A stretch of DNA of 63,709 nucleotides, the filler included, from Choristocarpus tenellus KU-1152 (lineage: Eukaryota; Protista; Phaeophyceae), in NCBI GenBank assembly GCA_964200185.2. It is 8 parts of 8 records of this genome, joined end to end, with 100 filler letters (N's around TTAATTAATTAA, not from the genome) between each part and the next. Parts side by side here need not be neighbours in the genome. Positions count along the whole stretch, not along the records: positions 13,742 to 25,170 come from CAXNAD020002326.1; positions 25,271 to 29,508 come from CAXNAD020015545.1; 6 more parts are not named here. One strand, given 5' to 3'. The notes under the pieces are model-generated. The model saw nothing but the letters and a program-made list of their open reading frames with translations. It was not told the DNA's origin and ran no database searches. A program made the translations under genes and the position numbers. Each line of letters starts with the position of its first letter. Within the stretch, counting starts at the first letter, position 1. Positions 13,783 to 26,795 of the stretch are shown piece by piece.

Positions 13783-16700
13783 CTGGTACAATATCCCCAT
13801 AACCTACTGTGGTCATTGTGGTGAAGGCCCAATACACACTGGCCATATACCTGGAGAGGTTACAGTTGGGAAGTGCGTCCATTAAGGAGCAGGCAGCAAG
13901 AGGGATCGGGGGATAGATATTTTTGATGACAACTTTGTCAACAGTCGGGTGAACAAGGCTGGAAGGGCAGCATATTCAAAGAGAAGTAAGATAACTGCTC
14001 TATCACACTCTGCTGGAGGCGGTCATGATTGGGTGGGCAGTGTTATATTCTTAGTGTGCCAGAGTAATGGCAATTGCAGGACTGAGTTGGGAATTTGGAG
14101 GAGAGGAGAGGGGGGGAGAGGGAGGAAATACTGGCTACTTGATGCTCTGACAGTGCTGAAGAGCATTGCTTGAGACAAATGCGAAGGGAAGGTAGGGTGG
14201 GCAGGGGGGAAGTCATTTCAATTAACCCAACCCACTTCTGGTGCAGACAGTTGCCACCTATGCCATCATATTCTGTAGTTAGTACGATAGCACTCTAGTG
14301 ACATGAGTGTCACTGTTAAGAATTTGAAGTAAAGTAGTTAGCCAATGTCTCCAACGATCATCAATTATCAGAGTGAGCTTTACCTTGTAAAAAATAAAAC
14401 AGTTGAGGTGGAATACCATTCAATGTATTCATTCACCTCCCAAAATGAAGTGGGGAGTAAGATGAAAAACAGCATGTATTTGAGATTGCATTGTTAAAAT
14501 TCCAAGCCCCGAGACAAGAAAAAGAAGAGTTGAAACAACAAGTCTTACAACATGAAGGTGTCGGCAGCCTTGTTACAGGGGAGTAGGAACCCCCTTCCCC
14601 GACATGGAATGTGTTCCTACCCTCAAGGGAAAAGAATAGACAAAAGTGAAATACAGATTGATTATGCTCAGGACCCCCAGGCTTACTCAATACAGTAACC
14701 TCATGCTGAGGTGAAGCAATCTCCTCTCCAGCCTTGTGAAATTTTGACACAGCTCGCACAACTTTCTCGGTTTCTAATATCCGGGTTGTGTTTAGGGTTC
14801 ACCTTGCTCCCATTCCCTGCTCAGAAAGGCATGCAACATGCAAGCCGTCTGTTGGGCAGTAGGTTGTGATCCAGCTGCTCCGCCCTGTTGCGATTGAATT
14901 GGCCCCTACAGCATACCACACACATGCCTTGCAAACAGTTGAGGGTTGAGAACCAGTATGGTGAGGGTGGAACTGGACACGCGGATAAATTGAGGAAGGA
15001 GGAAAGGATTGCTTATCATTGCTGAGAATACTCGAAAGTTCAAGTGCTTCCCTAGTTGTGGATAGTCACACTGTAGGGAGTCAAAGTAAGCGAGAGGCAC
15101 CCAGGTTTTGGCCGTTTTGCATTTTATGATAGTTTTGCAACCTTTTGCAATTCCTCCGTATTTCTATGGATGAAATGCTCAGTTCGGCTTGAGAGGGTTT
15201 TATTTCTTTATTGTTTGAAACTATTTGACATATCTCAGAAAAGTCCCTACACATGCATTTGTAAAAAATAAAATGCTCATATTCGTCAGCATCTCTGGGT
15301 ACCTCTCGCTTACTTCGACTAAGATACAGTACTCAATTAATAACTCTTTTAGGAACCCCGTCTGCTGGACCACTGAACAACCAACGTTAGTCACAGTTGT
15401 CACATGCACACTTTCCTGCTTGAGTGTGTCCTAGAAGGTAACCCTCTCATCCATACCCCAATTACAATGCGTCGCCTCCCTTCCAGTCCATTATGGCCAA
15501 ATCCTTCCGACCATAAAAGACACTAGTAACAAATGGTCACAAACTTTTCCCTAGTACAGTTGATTCACGGTGTTCTGTTGGAAGATCTTACCCTTTGGAT
15601 TGAGGATGAGGAGATTGACCGTCCCTTGCGAATTGACAATTATCTTGTGACCTCATAAAGCATTGCTTGAAAGTGAATAGTTGGAAGGGTGATTAAATTC
15701 CATGAACATTATCATCAAAGTCTATCCAAAATATTGCAAAAATGAAGATGTAGGCAAGGGTGGATTGCAAGGTAGGCACGATGATCAAAGGGCTAGGATA
15801 AGGCCCGGACCTGGGGATAGATAAGGGCTAGATGCGAGTGCATAACTGGGTCTATATTAGGTTTGGGGCTCATAACCAGTGCAGCAGTGGTAGACAGGGG
15901 TAGTCCTGGGACGCGGGACAGATTGAGAATATTATCAATGGAGCCAAAGTATCTTAGAGGGTAGAGACGCGTCCATTAGGGGCCAAAATCCAATGTTGCG
16001 GTTTTGATGTAATTTTGGCTATCGTGTTTGTTAGGAAGTGTCAATATCCTTGTTTCGGACACACCTTTTCATAACGTACACATTTGACTACTCCGAAATA
16101 TTTTGGAGTAGGAAAATGTCGTAAAAAACCCATGGGAAGCCAAGTCCCAAATGGACAAACAGGGCAAAACTCGTACCCTCTAAGATACTTTCACTCAAGG
16201 CCGTGATCAAAGTAAAGTGCGAGATAAAGTTGAAAGTAAAAAAGCCTAGGGTATGTAACAATGATATCTACTTCGACTGACAACTTGTCATAGGACCTAA
16301 GTTAGGGCAAGGGTCAAACCACCATGCTCAAACCGTAGTACCTCTTGGGTTCTATGTTGGTGCGTGTGGGTCTGGGTAGCAGTTTCCCCCTATATATTGT
16401 AACAGCCAAGCTTCGAGTTCCATATAGGGGGCACTGTACAGTGACCATATATGTCTGCTCATGCCTGTGAGAAATACTTCCAAGGTATCACATCTTGTGA
16501 TGGCAGATGCAACATGAAGAGGGGGCAAGAGTGTTTGGTTGACTCACCGCCAGATGTGCAGAAAAGGACATAAGCGTGCCAAGCTTTGTCAGACGTATCA
16601 CTGCCGGGTTGACTGGTATGGAATCCTCATACCTCTGAAAGAAAGTTGACATCTGAGCATGGGCACGGGTTAAAATAAGAGATAACCTTTCAAGGTGGAC

Positions 16701-18494
16701 AGTAATTATACATCGTTGGGCTAATACTCCACTCCCAGTCATATCGCCCATTGTTAGAAAAAAAACATGTTCTCAAGTGCAAATTCACACTGTAAAGCCT
16801 CGACCACTGCCCTGAGTTGGTGGTATCCTGGAGACATTAGCACCATTCTAACAGGCCAAAGCAGTGAATGACACCGGAGTATATGTTGTGTACTTTGAAG
16901 TAAATACTCAGAACCTTTGTGGGATTCATAGCCAGAAAAAAATATCTCTTCATCCCTGCAAACCACTGTCAGGATATAGTACACACCTTTAGGAGGCGGA
17001 AGATCTTGACAAGTCGGACTAGACGAATCATCCTAACGATCTTGGTGCCCCTCAATGCCCCTGCGTTATGCATGGCCGCAGATAGGAGGATGTCCAGGGG
17101 AACCGTCGAGATGACGTCGACTGCAAACCAGCTCTCCAAATAATTTCGAGTTACCTTGTCCCTGATAAAGGGAACAAAAGGAGAAAGAAGATGGGTGCTC
17201 AAGACGACCACACACTGAGTATGCTTCCTGATTGCAAACTAGAAATATGGGGCAGGGAAGTTCCTGACCCTGAGTCATCTCAGGGATTAAGACTAGAGAT
17301 TCTTTATGGAGAATGACCCACCTGCTAGCAATTAGATTCCCATCATCCCAGTAGGCAGTGTTGAAGCTCAAAATCATATCCAAGAGGAAGAGCCCATCAA
17401 CAATACAATCCACCACAAACCACCTGTTTAGAATATGATGGATGTGGATGCAATGTGAAAGTTCAACAGGCACAAGAACAAGGGGATTAAGGGAGGCAAA
17501 GAATGGTTCAACTGTCATTTTCATTGCAGGATAGCAATGTGATGCCCATGTCACCATGGATTATGATTCAACTTCAGGTATGCCACCATGCAATAAGACA
17601 AGATGGCAAGAGACAATAAGTGCACCATATGCTCGTTCGATCAGTCCTGACTTGGTTTGGCTGATTTCGAAGTCCTGAAATTAAAATACCGGGCACACAG
17701 TTGTAGCTCAGACTTAAACCTTTCCCCTCAGATAATGACTTCATATTCTTGAACAGAGTCTCAGGACCTAGTCAGAGGACTATGAACTTCATGATGAACT
17801 CTTGGGATGTTCTCTTCATTGCAAATTTGACCGTTTCCGGCCTTAGATATTATGAAGGAGATTTTCAATATTGTGTCTCACCCATCTTTGGCCTCAGCGT
17901 TAAATCCTAGCCGAAATGTAACCTCTAGCACTGAGAAGACAATAAGCACGGCCGAAAACACATCCCACAATGCCTGCAGGACAAGGTTCAGGGTTCAAAG
18001 AGGCAATGATTTTGGAGGGAAATGGCAACAAAATGTAATTTCGAGATTGAGCAAGAAAGAAGAGGATGAGAGGTGAAGATTACATAGTCAAACGACAGTG
18101 TGCTTCCAATTGCCCTAGTGTACTACATGTTCTTTTGATAACTTTGGAGATGCAGTGATTGCAATAGAGGTGAAACATTTATTACTACCAGCTGCAGTGG
18201 GCTGAGGACTGTCCCGCATGCGAAAAGTTCACCTTATTAAGTCAATTGTCGTCCTGTCTCTTCCAGTCTTGTGATTTACGAGTCTCTGGTTATAAATAGT
18301 AGGAGGCATGTACTCAGTATGATACGCATTCGGGTGCTAGGACCAAGGGTAACAGTACCTCTACTTGGGCCTACCTTCAGCATGGACTCAGGGTGGATGA
18401 TGTGCACTGCCCCCCAGAGAGCATCTGGGTTGAGTTCATTCAGTGAAATCTGGTGCGCCGACTCGGTCCGAAAGAGGAGGCGCGATTGTTGGTC
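13783..18494 (-). CDS. Cyclic-nucleotide-regulated/voltage-gated K+ channel (KCNH/EAG-CNG-like), S1 to pore exons; 3' part lost at the contig end
   Basis: Seven phase-compatible GT-AG exons: 18494-18375 (DQQSR...HIIHPESMLK), 17973-17882 (ALWDVFSAVLIVFSVLEVTFRLGF), 17423-17322 (WFVVDCIVDGLFLLDMILSFNTAY), 17161-16987 (NYLESWFAVDVISTVPLD...S4 IVRMIRLVRLVKIFRLLK), 16652-16548 (MSTFFQRYED...SAHLA), 14927-14803 (ACVWYAVG...SWITTY) and 13850-13783 (YMASVYWAFTTMTTVGYGDIVP, K+ selectivity filter). Confidence 0.93.
15078..15321 (+). mobile_element. MITE family D in a K+ channel intron
   Basis: TIR GAGTCAAAGTAAGCGAGAGG / CCTCTCGCTTACTTCGACT. Confidence 0.8.
15941..16196 (+). mobile_element. MITE family A, full copy in a K+ channel intron
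   Basis: GAGCCAAAGTATCTTAGAGGGTA...TACCCTCTAAGATACTTTCACTC; flanks AATG/AAGG. Confidence 0.9.
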
Positions 18495-21185
18495 CTACAA
18501 CCCAGAAGGATCCAATTGTGGGCAAAGCATCAGTGTAACTGCCGTGGGGGGCAGCAGGGACTTCTGGACAAGGGCAGCTCCCTCATTTATGGCATTGGGA
18601 GAGGTCAAGGTATGGCTGCTGGATCGTGTTTGGCAAGAGTGTCATCAACACATGTTGTAGGGGGTAGACTGTGTATGTACTGTGGCATGAAGTGTAGGTA
18701 TGTATCCATAAAGTTACGCTGATACAAGTGTCTACATAGTACCACTGTTAGTAATAATCCAGGACGGATACCTGCTATGCACGATCACGTCTTGTTTATT
18801 GCATGTGTCCTTGTAGTGCAGTTAGTTTTCAGTACAAGGTACAGCATAAGACAGTAAATTCAGACTGTAGAAGTACCATGTATACAAGAGCACCAGAGGA
18901 TTGACCAAAATAATATTTTTTTAGCTGTGCAGTACAGTTATAAGTATATAAACATAGTAGTATCTGTCGAATCATTCCTTTAATAGGAACATCGGAAAAC
19001 AAACTGATACGGACAATATTTACGCTGAATGCACCAATGGTTGCTAATGATATTTTCCTTGCAATACCTTCATCCCTAAACCGCAAACTAGCCTCGTGTT
19101 GAGGTTTTCTTCCTTGAGTGGAGGTGCTTTGGCGACCGGCATCGAGTTGATGGAGGGAACAATGTGGTCGATAGATAGTAAGGTTTTCTTTTCTTCCTTT
19201 TGTTATTTTTTCTTTTTGGTCTGGGTACAGAATATTTCAGGTCGCGTCATGAGAAAAGACTTGATATCCGTACTCTGAAAGCGGGAACTCTGCAAGGAGG
19301 GAGATTGAGAGCCGAGGGATAGAAGGTTGGTTTCACCACTGAATCAACTGATATAACAGAGAAGGGAGCCTGTAAGGGGGCAGCGCAGGCATATACAGTT
19401 TCGGGTGGCTGTATGTAAGAGGTCTATCCACGATGCAGAGGGGATTTGTTTGTCCGAGAACATTCAATATTCCCTTGAGGAGCCATGCGTAGTTTTTTGC
19501 GGAAATACTTCATTCCCCTTTCACTCCCTGCTGTAACCAGTGAACTCCATCTACTTTTGCGGAAGGAATTGATTCTTCCGCCGTACTCTTCTATCAGCCA
19601 TGCATAGGGTCGTATTCACAAAGCAACAAATCCGAGTTGAGTTGAGTTCATAACAAGGTGCACCTATCAAGCCACATCATTGATGATTCTCCAAGCAGAA
19701 AAGTGGTAGAGGTCGGCAAAATGACAAGCACGCTTAAACGACACAGGCACACGTATATACTTACTTCGAGAAGGTAATGTTCTGTTGTAGTACTATAGAC
19801 CTCTACCCGACTAGATTTAATATGATAGCCACTAGCATACATCGTGCCTATCAACATCTTATGGATGTTGTCATGGAAGGTTAGGATTAGGGCGTTATAC
19901 AATGAGTGTATCAACTGCAGAGTCTGTATTGCTTACAATAAACGTCCTCCAATGCAGCAACATTAGTCACGTAGTATATTTGAAGCCAAGGAATGGACAT
20001 ATTTCCTTTTGAACTTCACTGTGTATGTAATACTTGGTGCATTACCACTGAAAAAAAGAGAAAATATATATCGTGATACGCACAAAAGCCGAAACTACTC
20101 CTAAGCTTAAACTATATAGACGGACTACAAATAACACGGAGAGAGTCCCAGGAGTTGGTCAGGCCCTGTCTTGCCTACTGGCCCGGTGTCTCAAACTAAA
20201 AAGCGCATGATGTGCCTTGATATCTACACTTCAATATGTCGCAGGTCTGCCTTCACTGCTCCCTTCCTGCTGAACCCACCAGTCCCCCTACCACACACCA
20301 CGCCGGTCGCTAGCTCATCCAGAAATTGGTTTGTTTACCTGTGTGCTGAGACGCTCGATTTTTTCAATTGCGAAGGTGTCGGGAATAAATTTAATATGGG
20401 GTAGAAATAATCCTCGTAGTGGTTCGATTGCTGGTCTCAGCTCCAACAGCAGTGACATTGTATTCAATGTCAACTCTTTGAAAAGGTTGCCTCGGACCTC
20501 TGCAACCTATCATTGTGTTTCAAAGCACATATTGTATCTGCACCCTTCGAAGTACAAAATATGGTGGTATATACTCAGTATGTTACATATAGTATTATAG
20601 TAAAGTGTACTGTGGGGTGACCGCCCTTGCATGTAAGTGATAGTTGATCAGCTTCTGTCCAAGGAATGATTGGGTTCAAAGTCAGTCAAGGTCAGATTTT
20701 CTTTTCAGGGAAATCTCGACGTACTGCCACACCTCAAGCACAATTGGAATGGTGCACCTGTACCCTCGTGCCTTTCACTAACCTTAAAAAAAACACAGAA
20801 AACTTGAATTGCGGGAGGCAAGGCTTCATTGTGACCGGGCAAGTACTGGAAAAGATTTGAGAGATGAGGTGGAGCGACGAGCCGTGGGATAGCTCAACCC
20901 AAGTAGCGAGAAAAATGCAAGACGTACATGGGGAAGTTGAGATTATTTGTAGTAAAATAACTAGTCCGTTATTTTGTACTTCTAGGTCTCGATGAGAAGT
21001 AGTGTTATGTGTAGTTAGTGCGGCGCATAGCTATAGTCTCTCCGACCATGGGACCAGCCAGGCCAAGAGAGTTCAAGAACAGTGCCTTGTCCCCCTCCTG
21101 AGGGCAAACAAGAACTCCGTAGGAATTGGTGTTGACTGTAGTATCTGACGAGCTTTTTGAATTGAACCTTGTATTTCCAACAACC

Positions 21186-21276
21186 GAGTGAAAGTATCTT
21201 AGGGTTAGGGTACGAGTTTTTCCCTGTTTGCCCATTTAAGTCTTGGCTTCCCACGGGTTATTATTGACATTTTACC
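21186..21276 (-). mobile_element. MITE family A, truncated copy
   Basis: Only one end is present: GAGTGAAAGTATCTTAGGGTTAGGGTACGAG... Confidence 0.85.
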
Positions 21277-21770
21277 CAACACCTCCGTAGCTGATAGATC
21301 TAGTGGATTTGATTCGCCAACATACCAACTTTCAATCACATACCCGGTGTATAGAGGTCTAAGAATAGTAGGTGGTCCCCTGTTGGGTGTAATACCACAT
21401 ATAGAAGACTTGACTGGTCCAATGTACTTCCTTGCGGAACTCTGTTACATGACTATTCCCTGGATTTGGCAACTGGAGAGGGAGGGAGGTGTTGCCGACA
21501 AGCTGTGAGTTGGCTGCCCCCACCGCAGGAGAAGCAAAATATGTACGGAGGTAGTCCGGAGACAGCAAGAAATAAGTGATCGCTACAAAGTGTGCTGGGG
21601 GTTCTATTTTGAAATCTTGGGATGATCGTCTCTTAACATCTAGAACCCCCTGGGTTCACAATTGACACGACCTAGTGACCTAACTTTCATTCCAGCTCTT
21701 GTTGGGCTAGCTGTTCCAGATATGCAACGGATAACATCACGTCGCAATGCAATTGTTTTTTGTGGCTGAC

Positions 21771-24700
21771 CTGATCCATTATTTGGAATTTTTTCGACTT
21801 GATTTTTTTCACGCCTGCATGGTTCCCGATGATACTCTCTTCCTCCTCTTTCCCTCCCAACTCTTCCATCACTGTTTGATGATGCTCATATGCGTGCTCA
21901 GAGGCCAACTGCAGGTGATGAAGGTTGTGAAGATGCTGATGTACATACTCCTAGGAATTGGTATGATTGTGGTTGGCGGTGGGGGAGGTGAAGGTGGAGG
22001 GGGAGCTGGGTCCGGGGACACGAGAGCATCAGTTTATGGCCCTCTACCTTGGATTCATACCTAGGTCGACCACGCAGACAAAGGTTGATGACATTTGATG
22101 CAGCGTACTAGGGAGGAGATGTTCACATGTGAAGTATTGAACCCTCAGTATCATCACAATGAAATCTACAATCAAGACCACTCCGTCCCATTGTTTCTTT
22201 TTACGGACATGGTTCCCCTTAAGCAATCATCCTAATCCCATACTCCCTCATTCTTTTTCCCACTCTCATAGTACCTGCGCCTTTGGTCCACCATGTGAAG
22301 ATTGCCCTGCCATCAGCGTAGTCCCTCTTTCTGAGGGTTTCCCCACCTTGATGTTGCTTTCCTTTGCAACCCTAATGCCGCAGCCTGGGGTCAAGCTCTT
22401 TCCCCCATTTGCCACATATCCCCCTTCTCCTGCCCCCCTGTCCACCCCGGAGCCCCCTCCAATGATCTCCCTCGTCCCCAAACCTTCCCCAGCCCCCAGC
22501 TCTGCCCAGACCTTCATCACTGAACCCTCGACCCCAGCCTCCATCTCATCAGGATCTCTTCTTCCTCCCTGGCTGTCTCTTGTCCCAGATTCCTGTTCTA
22601 TCGTTGCCCCTAAACTATCTACTTGCATATCCCTTTTCTCAGCCAAGGTTTTTCGTCCTTCCACTTGGCATGCACCCTCCTGTGCTCCGCCATCACACCA
22701 CATCTGTGCCCTTCCTTCTTCCCCTGGTGAAGCGGATTCCTCCCTTGGCTCTGTTGTTTCAGGATGGACAGTTCTGTCAGGTGTTGCTGAGGCAAGTTCC
22801 GTCTCAACTACCGCAGATTCCACTCCCTCCCCGGTTTGACTTGATTTCTCCGTAGCGATGGAAGTCAGAACTATCTTACATGGACAATGCTGAGTGTGTT
22901 GAGAGGGTTGTGCCGCTAAACCATTGTTCGGTGGAGAAGACAGGGTGGGGAGAGTACCAGTTTTCCCATCCGACAGGGTTATATTGCAGGTTGATGATCT
23001 ATGCTGGTGTCTTGCAGCCTCTGAAGGAATCACCCTGGTGGATCTTCGGTTCATCCCAAATCCCTATTGGCCGGGGTGATGTTTGGCATCTTGTCACCAA
23101 ATGTGAGGAAGGCAAAGGAATAAGATGCAGATGTAGGGATTGGGGAGCTTGGGAAGGTAGAAAGGATTCATAAGGAACCCTGGTAGGAGGAACCAGTTAC
23201 GTATAAGTATTTTGAATAATATGGTATCCTCCTCTTGTTGGAGAGCTTCCTGTGCAAAAAAACTGTGCTGTTTCTGCATTAATGTGATGGGGGTAATATC
23301 ACCACCTATTTCTACTTCAATGCAAAGCAATGTGAAATGAGGAAATGAGACAGTCTTAACAAACTGTTGCAAGGCCAGTCATCATCTGCACTCCTCAACT
23401 CCCTCACACACTGTGAACATTGCACGAGCGGAAAAGACACCAACCAACATACAGAGAGATAGAGATGAGAATCGAAACGTTTTCTTCAAGCTACAATTCA
23501 TTGTCAAACGTATTACGATTGAAAGTATCTTAGAGGATACGAGTTTTGCCCCGTTTGTCCATTTGGGGCTTGGCTTCCCATGGGTTTGACCCAAAGTATC
23601 TTGGAGGGGGGGGGGGTCTACAGCATGGTGTCCATTTGTGTCAAAATCAGGAAAAGTGCACTTACATTATCCATCCAACACATGCAACCAAATCACCCAA
23701 AAATAGAAACATGAAAAAATTGACCCCAAATGGACAGCCGCCACCCCCTCACATATACTTTGAGCCTTTTTTAATGACATTTTCCTCCTCCAAAATGTTT
23801 CGGAGTAGGTAAAATGTATACATCATGAAAAGGTGTGTCAAGAACAAGGATATTGACACTTCCTAACAAACACGATGGCCAAAATTACATCAAAATCGCA
23901 ACATTGGATTTTGGTCCCCAAATGGACACGGCTCTACTCTCTAAGATACTTTGACTCTTGCACATGTTCAATATGTGTTGGAGCGGTTCATGGGCTGATT
24001 TTGATGCCAAGGATAAAGAGGGATTTTGGGGTTAGCAGACTGGAAAGTACTTTGAAGAGAGGGGCATTATGTTAGCATTCAATTATTGCGCTATCAGAAC
24101 TAAGCCGTGTGACTTTGAGTTGTACCACCTTTGATGCTATCATCTTGGACGCTATCATCTTGGAAGCAATGGCAGCCTTTCTGCTTGCAAATATACTAGA
24201 GCTGTCATGCTCCATAGCCATTTGGTGAAGGGATGCCCTCTCCATTGCCCCCATTGATGTCACTGAGTTATTCCTTGAGGTCACATTTTCGTCAAGTGAT
24301 GGTGCTGAGTGCAGCCCCGTGTTACCTGCTGTCGACACTGACGAGGGGGTGGCCACCTCCACCATCTCACCTTCTCTTCTCCCACAACTTTCATTTCTCA
24401 CATTTGACTCTGATCCCTTACTCAAGGAGGCTGTCGGGTGCACCAGTGCACCACCGTCCTCATGTGAACCTGCTGCTTCATTCAAGGTCGGCAACTTGAT
24501 TGATCCCTCCATACAGGTGATGATCCCTCCGGATGACTCTGTTTTTGGAGGAACATCTATGCTGGGCTTGGTGGAAAGGATCACACTGGGGGTCTGGTGT
24601 GTGAAGAGTAAGGCGTGGATAGAACACAAGGGCAGTCACAGGAAGGCGAGGGGTGTTAGAGACCTGTTCTTCAGGAAAACTGCTGCTATCCCCTCAATTG

Positions 24701-24862
24701 CATTATTTGGAGTATATTTTTCTTAATGATGAGGTTGTGATTTCCTACCTAGGCAACTTTACTTGCCTCCTCTTCTTCTAAATCATCTGGCAGGGCTCCT
24801 TTCCCCTCGCGAAATTGCTCTACCCTCTTGAGAAGCTTTTCTGCATCTGCTATGAGACCCTC
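21771..24862 (-). CDS. Probable upstream low-complexity exons of the K+ channel gene (or a separate gene)
   Basis: Four phase-0 exons with plausible splice sites: 24862-24767 (EGLIADAEKLLKRVEQFRE..., GC donor AG|GCAAGT), 24593-24129 (S/T/E-rich), ~23063-22275 (G/E-rich 263 codons) and 21950-21771 (EYVHQHLHNLHHLQ...FQIMDQ). They are in phase with exon 18494. No domain homology recognised. Confidence 0.55.
23517..23957 (-). mobile_element. MITE family A interrupted by a nested family B copy
   Basis: Family A sequence stops at 23587 and resumes at 23767. Flanks are TTAC/TTGC. Confidence 0.9.
23588..23766 (+). mobile_element. MITE family B nested inside family A
   Basis: GACCCAAAGTATC...ATACTTTGAGCC inserted into a T-run (TTT on both sides). 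Confidence 0.9.
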
Positions 24863-24979
24863 CTGTTCCAAACGCATGCAGTATGGGTGGAGATGTCCAT
24901 GTCAGGTGTTGGGTCTGTAACCCTCAAATATATACGGGGATCTGAGGTGTTGTTAGATGTTAAGCCTGCTATGATACAA

Positions 24980-25159
24980 GGCTCAAAGTATCTGGGGGTG
25001 GTGATAGCGGCTGTCCATTTGGGGTCAATATTTTCATGTCGCGAATTTTGGGTGATTTGGTTGCATACATTGGATTGAATATGTAAATGCACATTTCCTG
25101 ATTTTGCCCCAAATGGACCCCCTGGTGTAGACCCCCCCCCCTCCCAGATACTTTGGGTC
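24980..25159 (-). mobile_element. MITE family B
   Basis: GGCTCAAAGTATCTGGGGG...CCCAGATACTTTGGGTC; flanks ACAA/ACGA. Confidence 0.9.
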
Positions 25160-25270
25160 ACGAATATTGCNNNNNNNNNNNNNNNNNNNNNNNNNNNNNN
25201 NNNNNNNNNNNNNNTTAATTAATTAANNNNNNNNNNNNNNNNNNNNNNNNNNNNNNNNNNNNNNNNNNNN

Positions 25271-25707
25271 GAGTAGGTAGATGGGAAGATAAGGAAGACA
25301 ATAGTACAATATTTGATAGTGGTGAAGTAACTGGTTAGTGGTTTCCACACTTCCAATGTTTTATAGCGTTCTTATGTTTAGGATGTTTTATTTCTTTAGG
25401 GCTAATAACGACATTTATATAGTTTTGATTGGTTTCCCCCCTGACACATCTGCAAAATGTCAGAGGGGTATAATAATAATATACATATGTCATTATTGGC
25501 CCTAAAGAAATAAAATATCATAAATGTGAAAACACTCTATCACTGTAAGTGTGGAGACCACTAATCTATCAGTTACTTCACCATTATCAATATTGTACTA
25601 CTGTCTTCCTGTGCTTCCTATCTACCTACTCCTGCGCCCTGGGTGGGAGCTAGGGAGGCATCCCAAGAATCCAACAAACCCCTCCATGCCCATCTCCCTG
25701 GTGAGTC
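25271..25707. mobile_element. Foldback (long-palindrome) element, left arm cut by gap
   Basis: 25271-25446 is an imperfect inverted repeat of ~25458-25631 around the centre CTGACA-11 nt-TGTCAG. The right arm continues to 25707. Confidence 0.85.
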
Positions 25708-26549
25708 TAGTTTAAAGCGTATGGCACGTCGAGACAATGCCACTTGTGCTGTCACCGAAACAATTTGGCTTAGTCGGGGAAGAGCCGAGGAAGATATATT
25801 ATGATGCATTTAGAATGTGAGGAGGGAGACATTGTTGGAACGGTTTTTGCCAAATCACATAATTACTATTGACACATTTAACTCATGGTGAATGAGTGTC
25901 AAAATACATCTGGATGTCACAAACCGCGTCGCCCACACAAACGACAAACACACGATCTATTTCAAATTTGATCTTTAAGTATTTTTGAAATTGTAAATAG
26001 AAAAGACACTTTGAAGTATGAAAGTATCAATAATATTTTATTATATTTGGTTCTTAGAGTAGTATTTGTAGCGTAGGATAAAATATGTATTTTTTTCAAA
26101 CAGTTGAGTGAATGTTAAATCTGGAGGCCTGGCATCACGTGGTCAGCTTGAATGTAAAGAAAATATCAACTGTGGACGCCCATAGAATTTTGTAACGAGA
26201 CCAAGATCGTGGCCGTCGCCACTGAGTGGCGAATGACCAGGGATACCATCTCGTCATGTACAACCAAGACCGGACAAGACCATGTCCATGGCCATTCATA
26301 CTCAATATGACCAGGGGTGTGGCTGACCCTATACAAACAATTTCAAACATTTCCGAGTTGATGGTCATCGACCGTTTTGGGCTGACTATGGATGTACTAA
26401 CTGCCTGACCCAATGAATAGCCCTGCTTGAAATAATCTATTACATTCATGAAACCACATCGAAAATCGTTACCAACAAACAGAAAATAAAATGTAAACCC
26501 TCAGCATATAAAATAATGCTAATCGTACTGTGCTTTGTTTATGTGTGTG

Positions 26550-26760
26550 TGCACAGTAGTTGACATTCCTTCAAAACATTAATACAAGTAGGAGCCTCGA
26601 CGCAAGGGTTAGTACAAACAGCATGCTGTACGCTACAGCATATTGTTATTATTGACATAAATTAAAAGCGCCCTAAACATACACTTATCGTGCCATGCCA
26701 CAAGCGCGAGACATTTCCTAGCACTCCTGTCAATTCCTCAAAAGCATGCACCACATCCAC

Positions 26761-26795
<35 letters not shown>

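Noticed and set aside
22159-22839. 226-aa Pro/Ser-rich plus-strand ORF
   Set aside because: It is the antisense shadow of the minus-strand G/E-rich exon.
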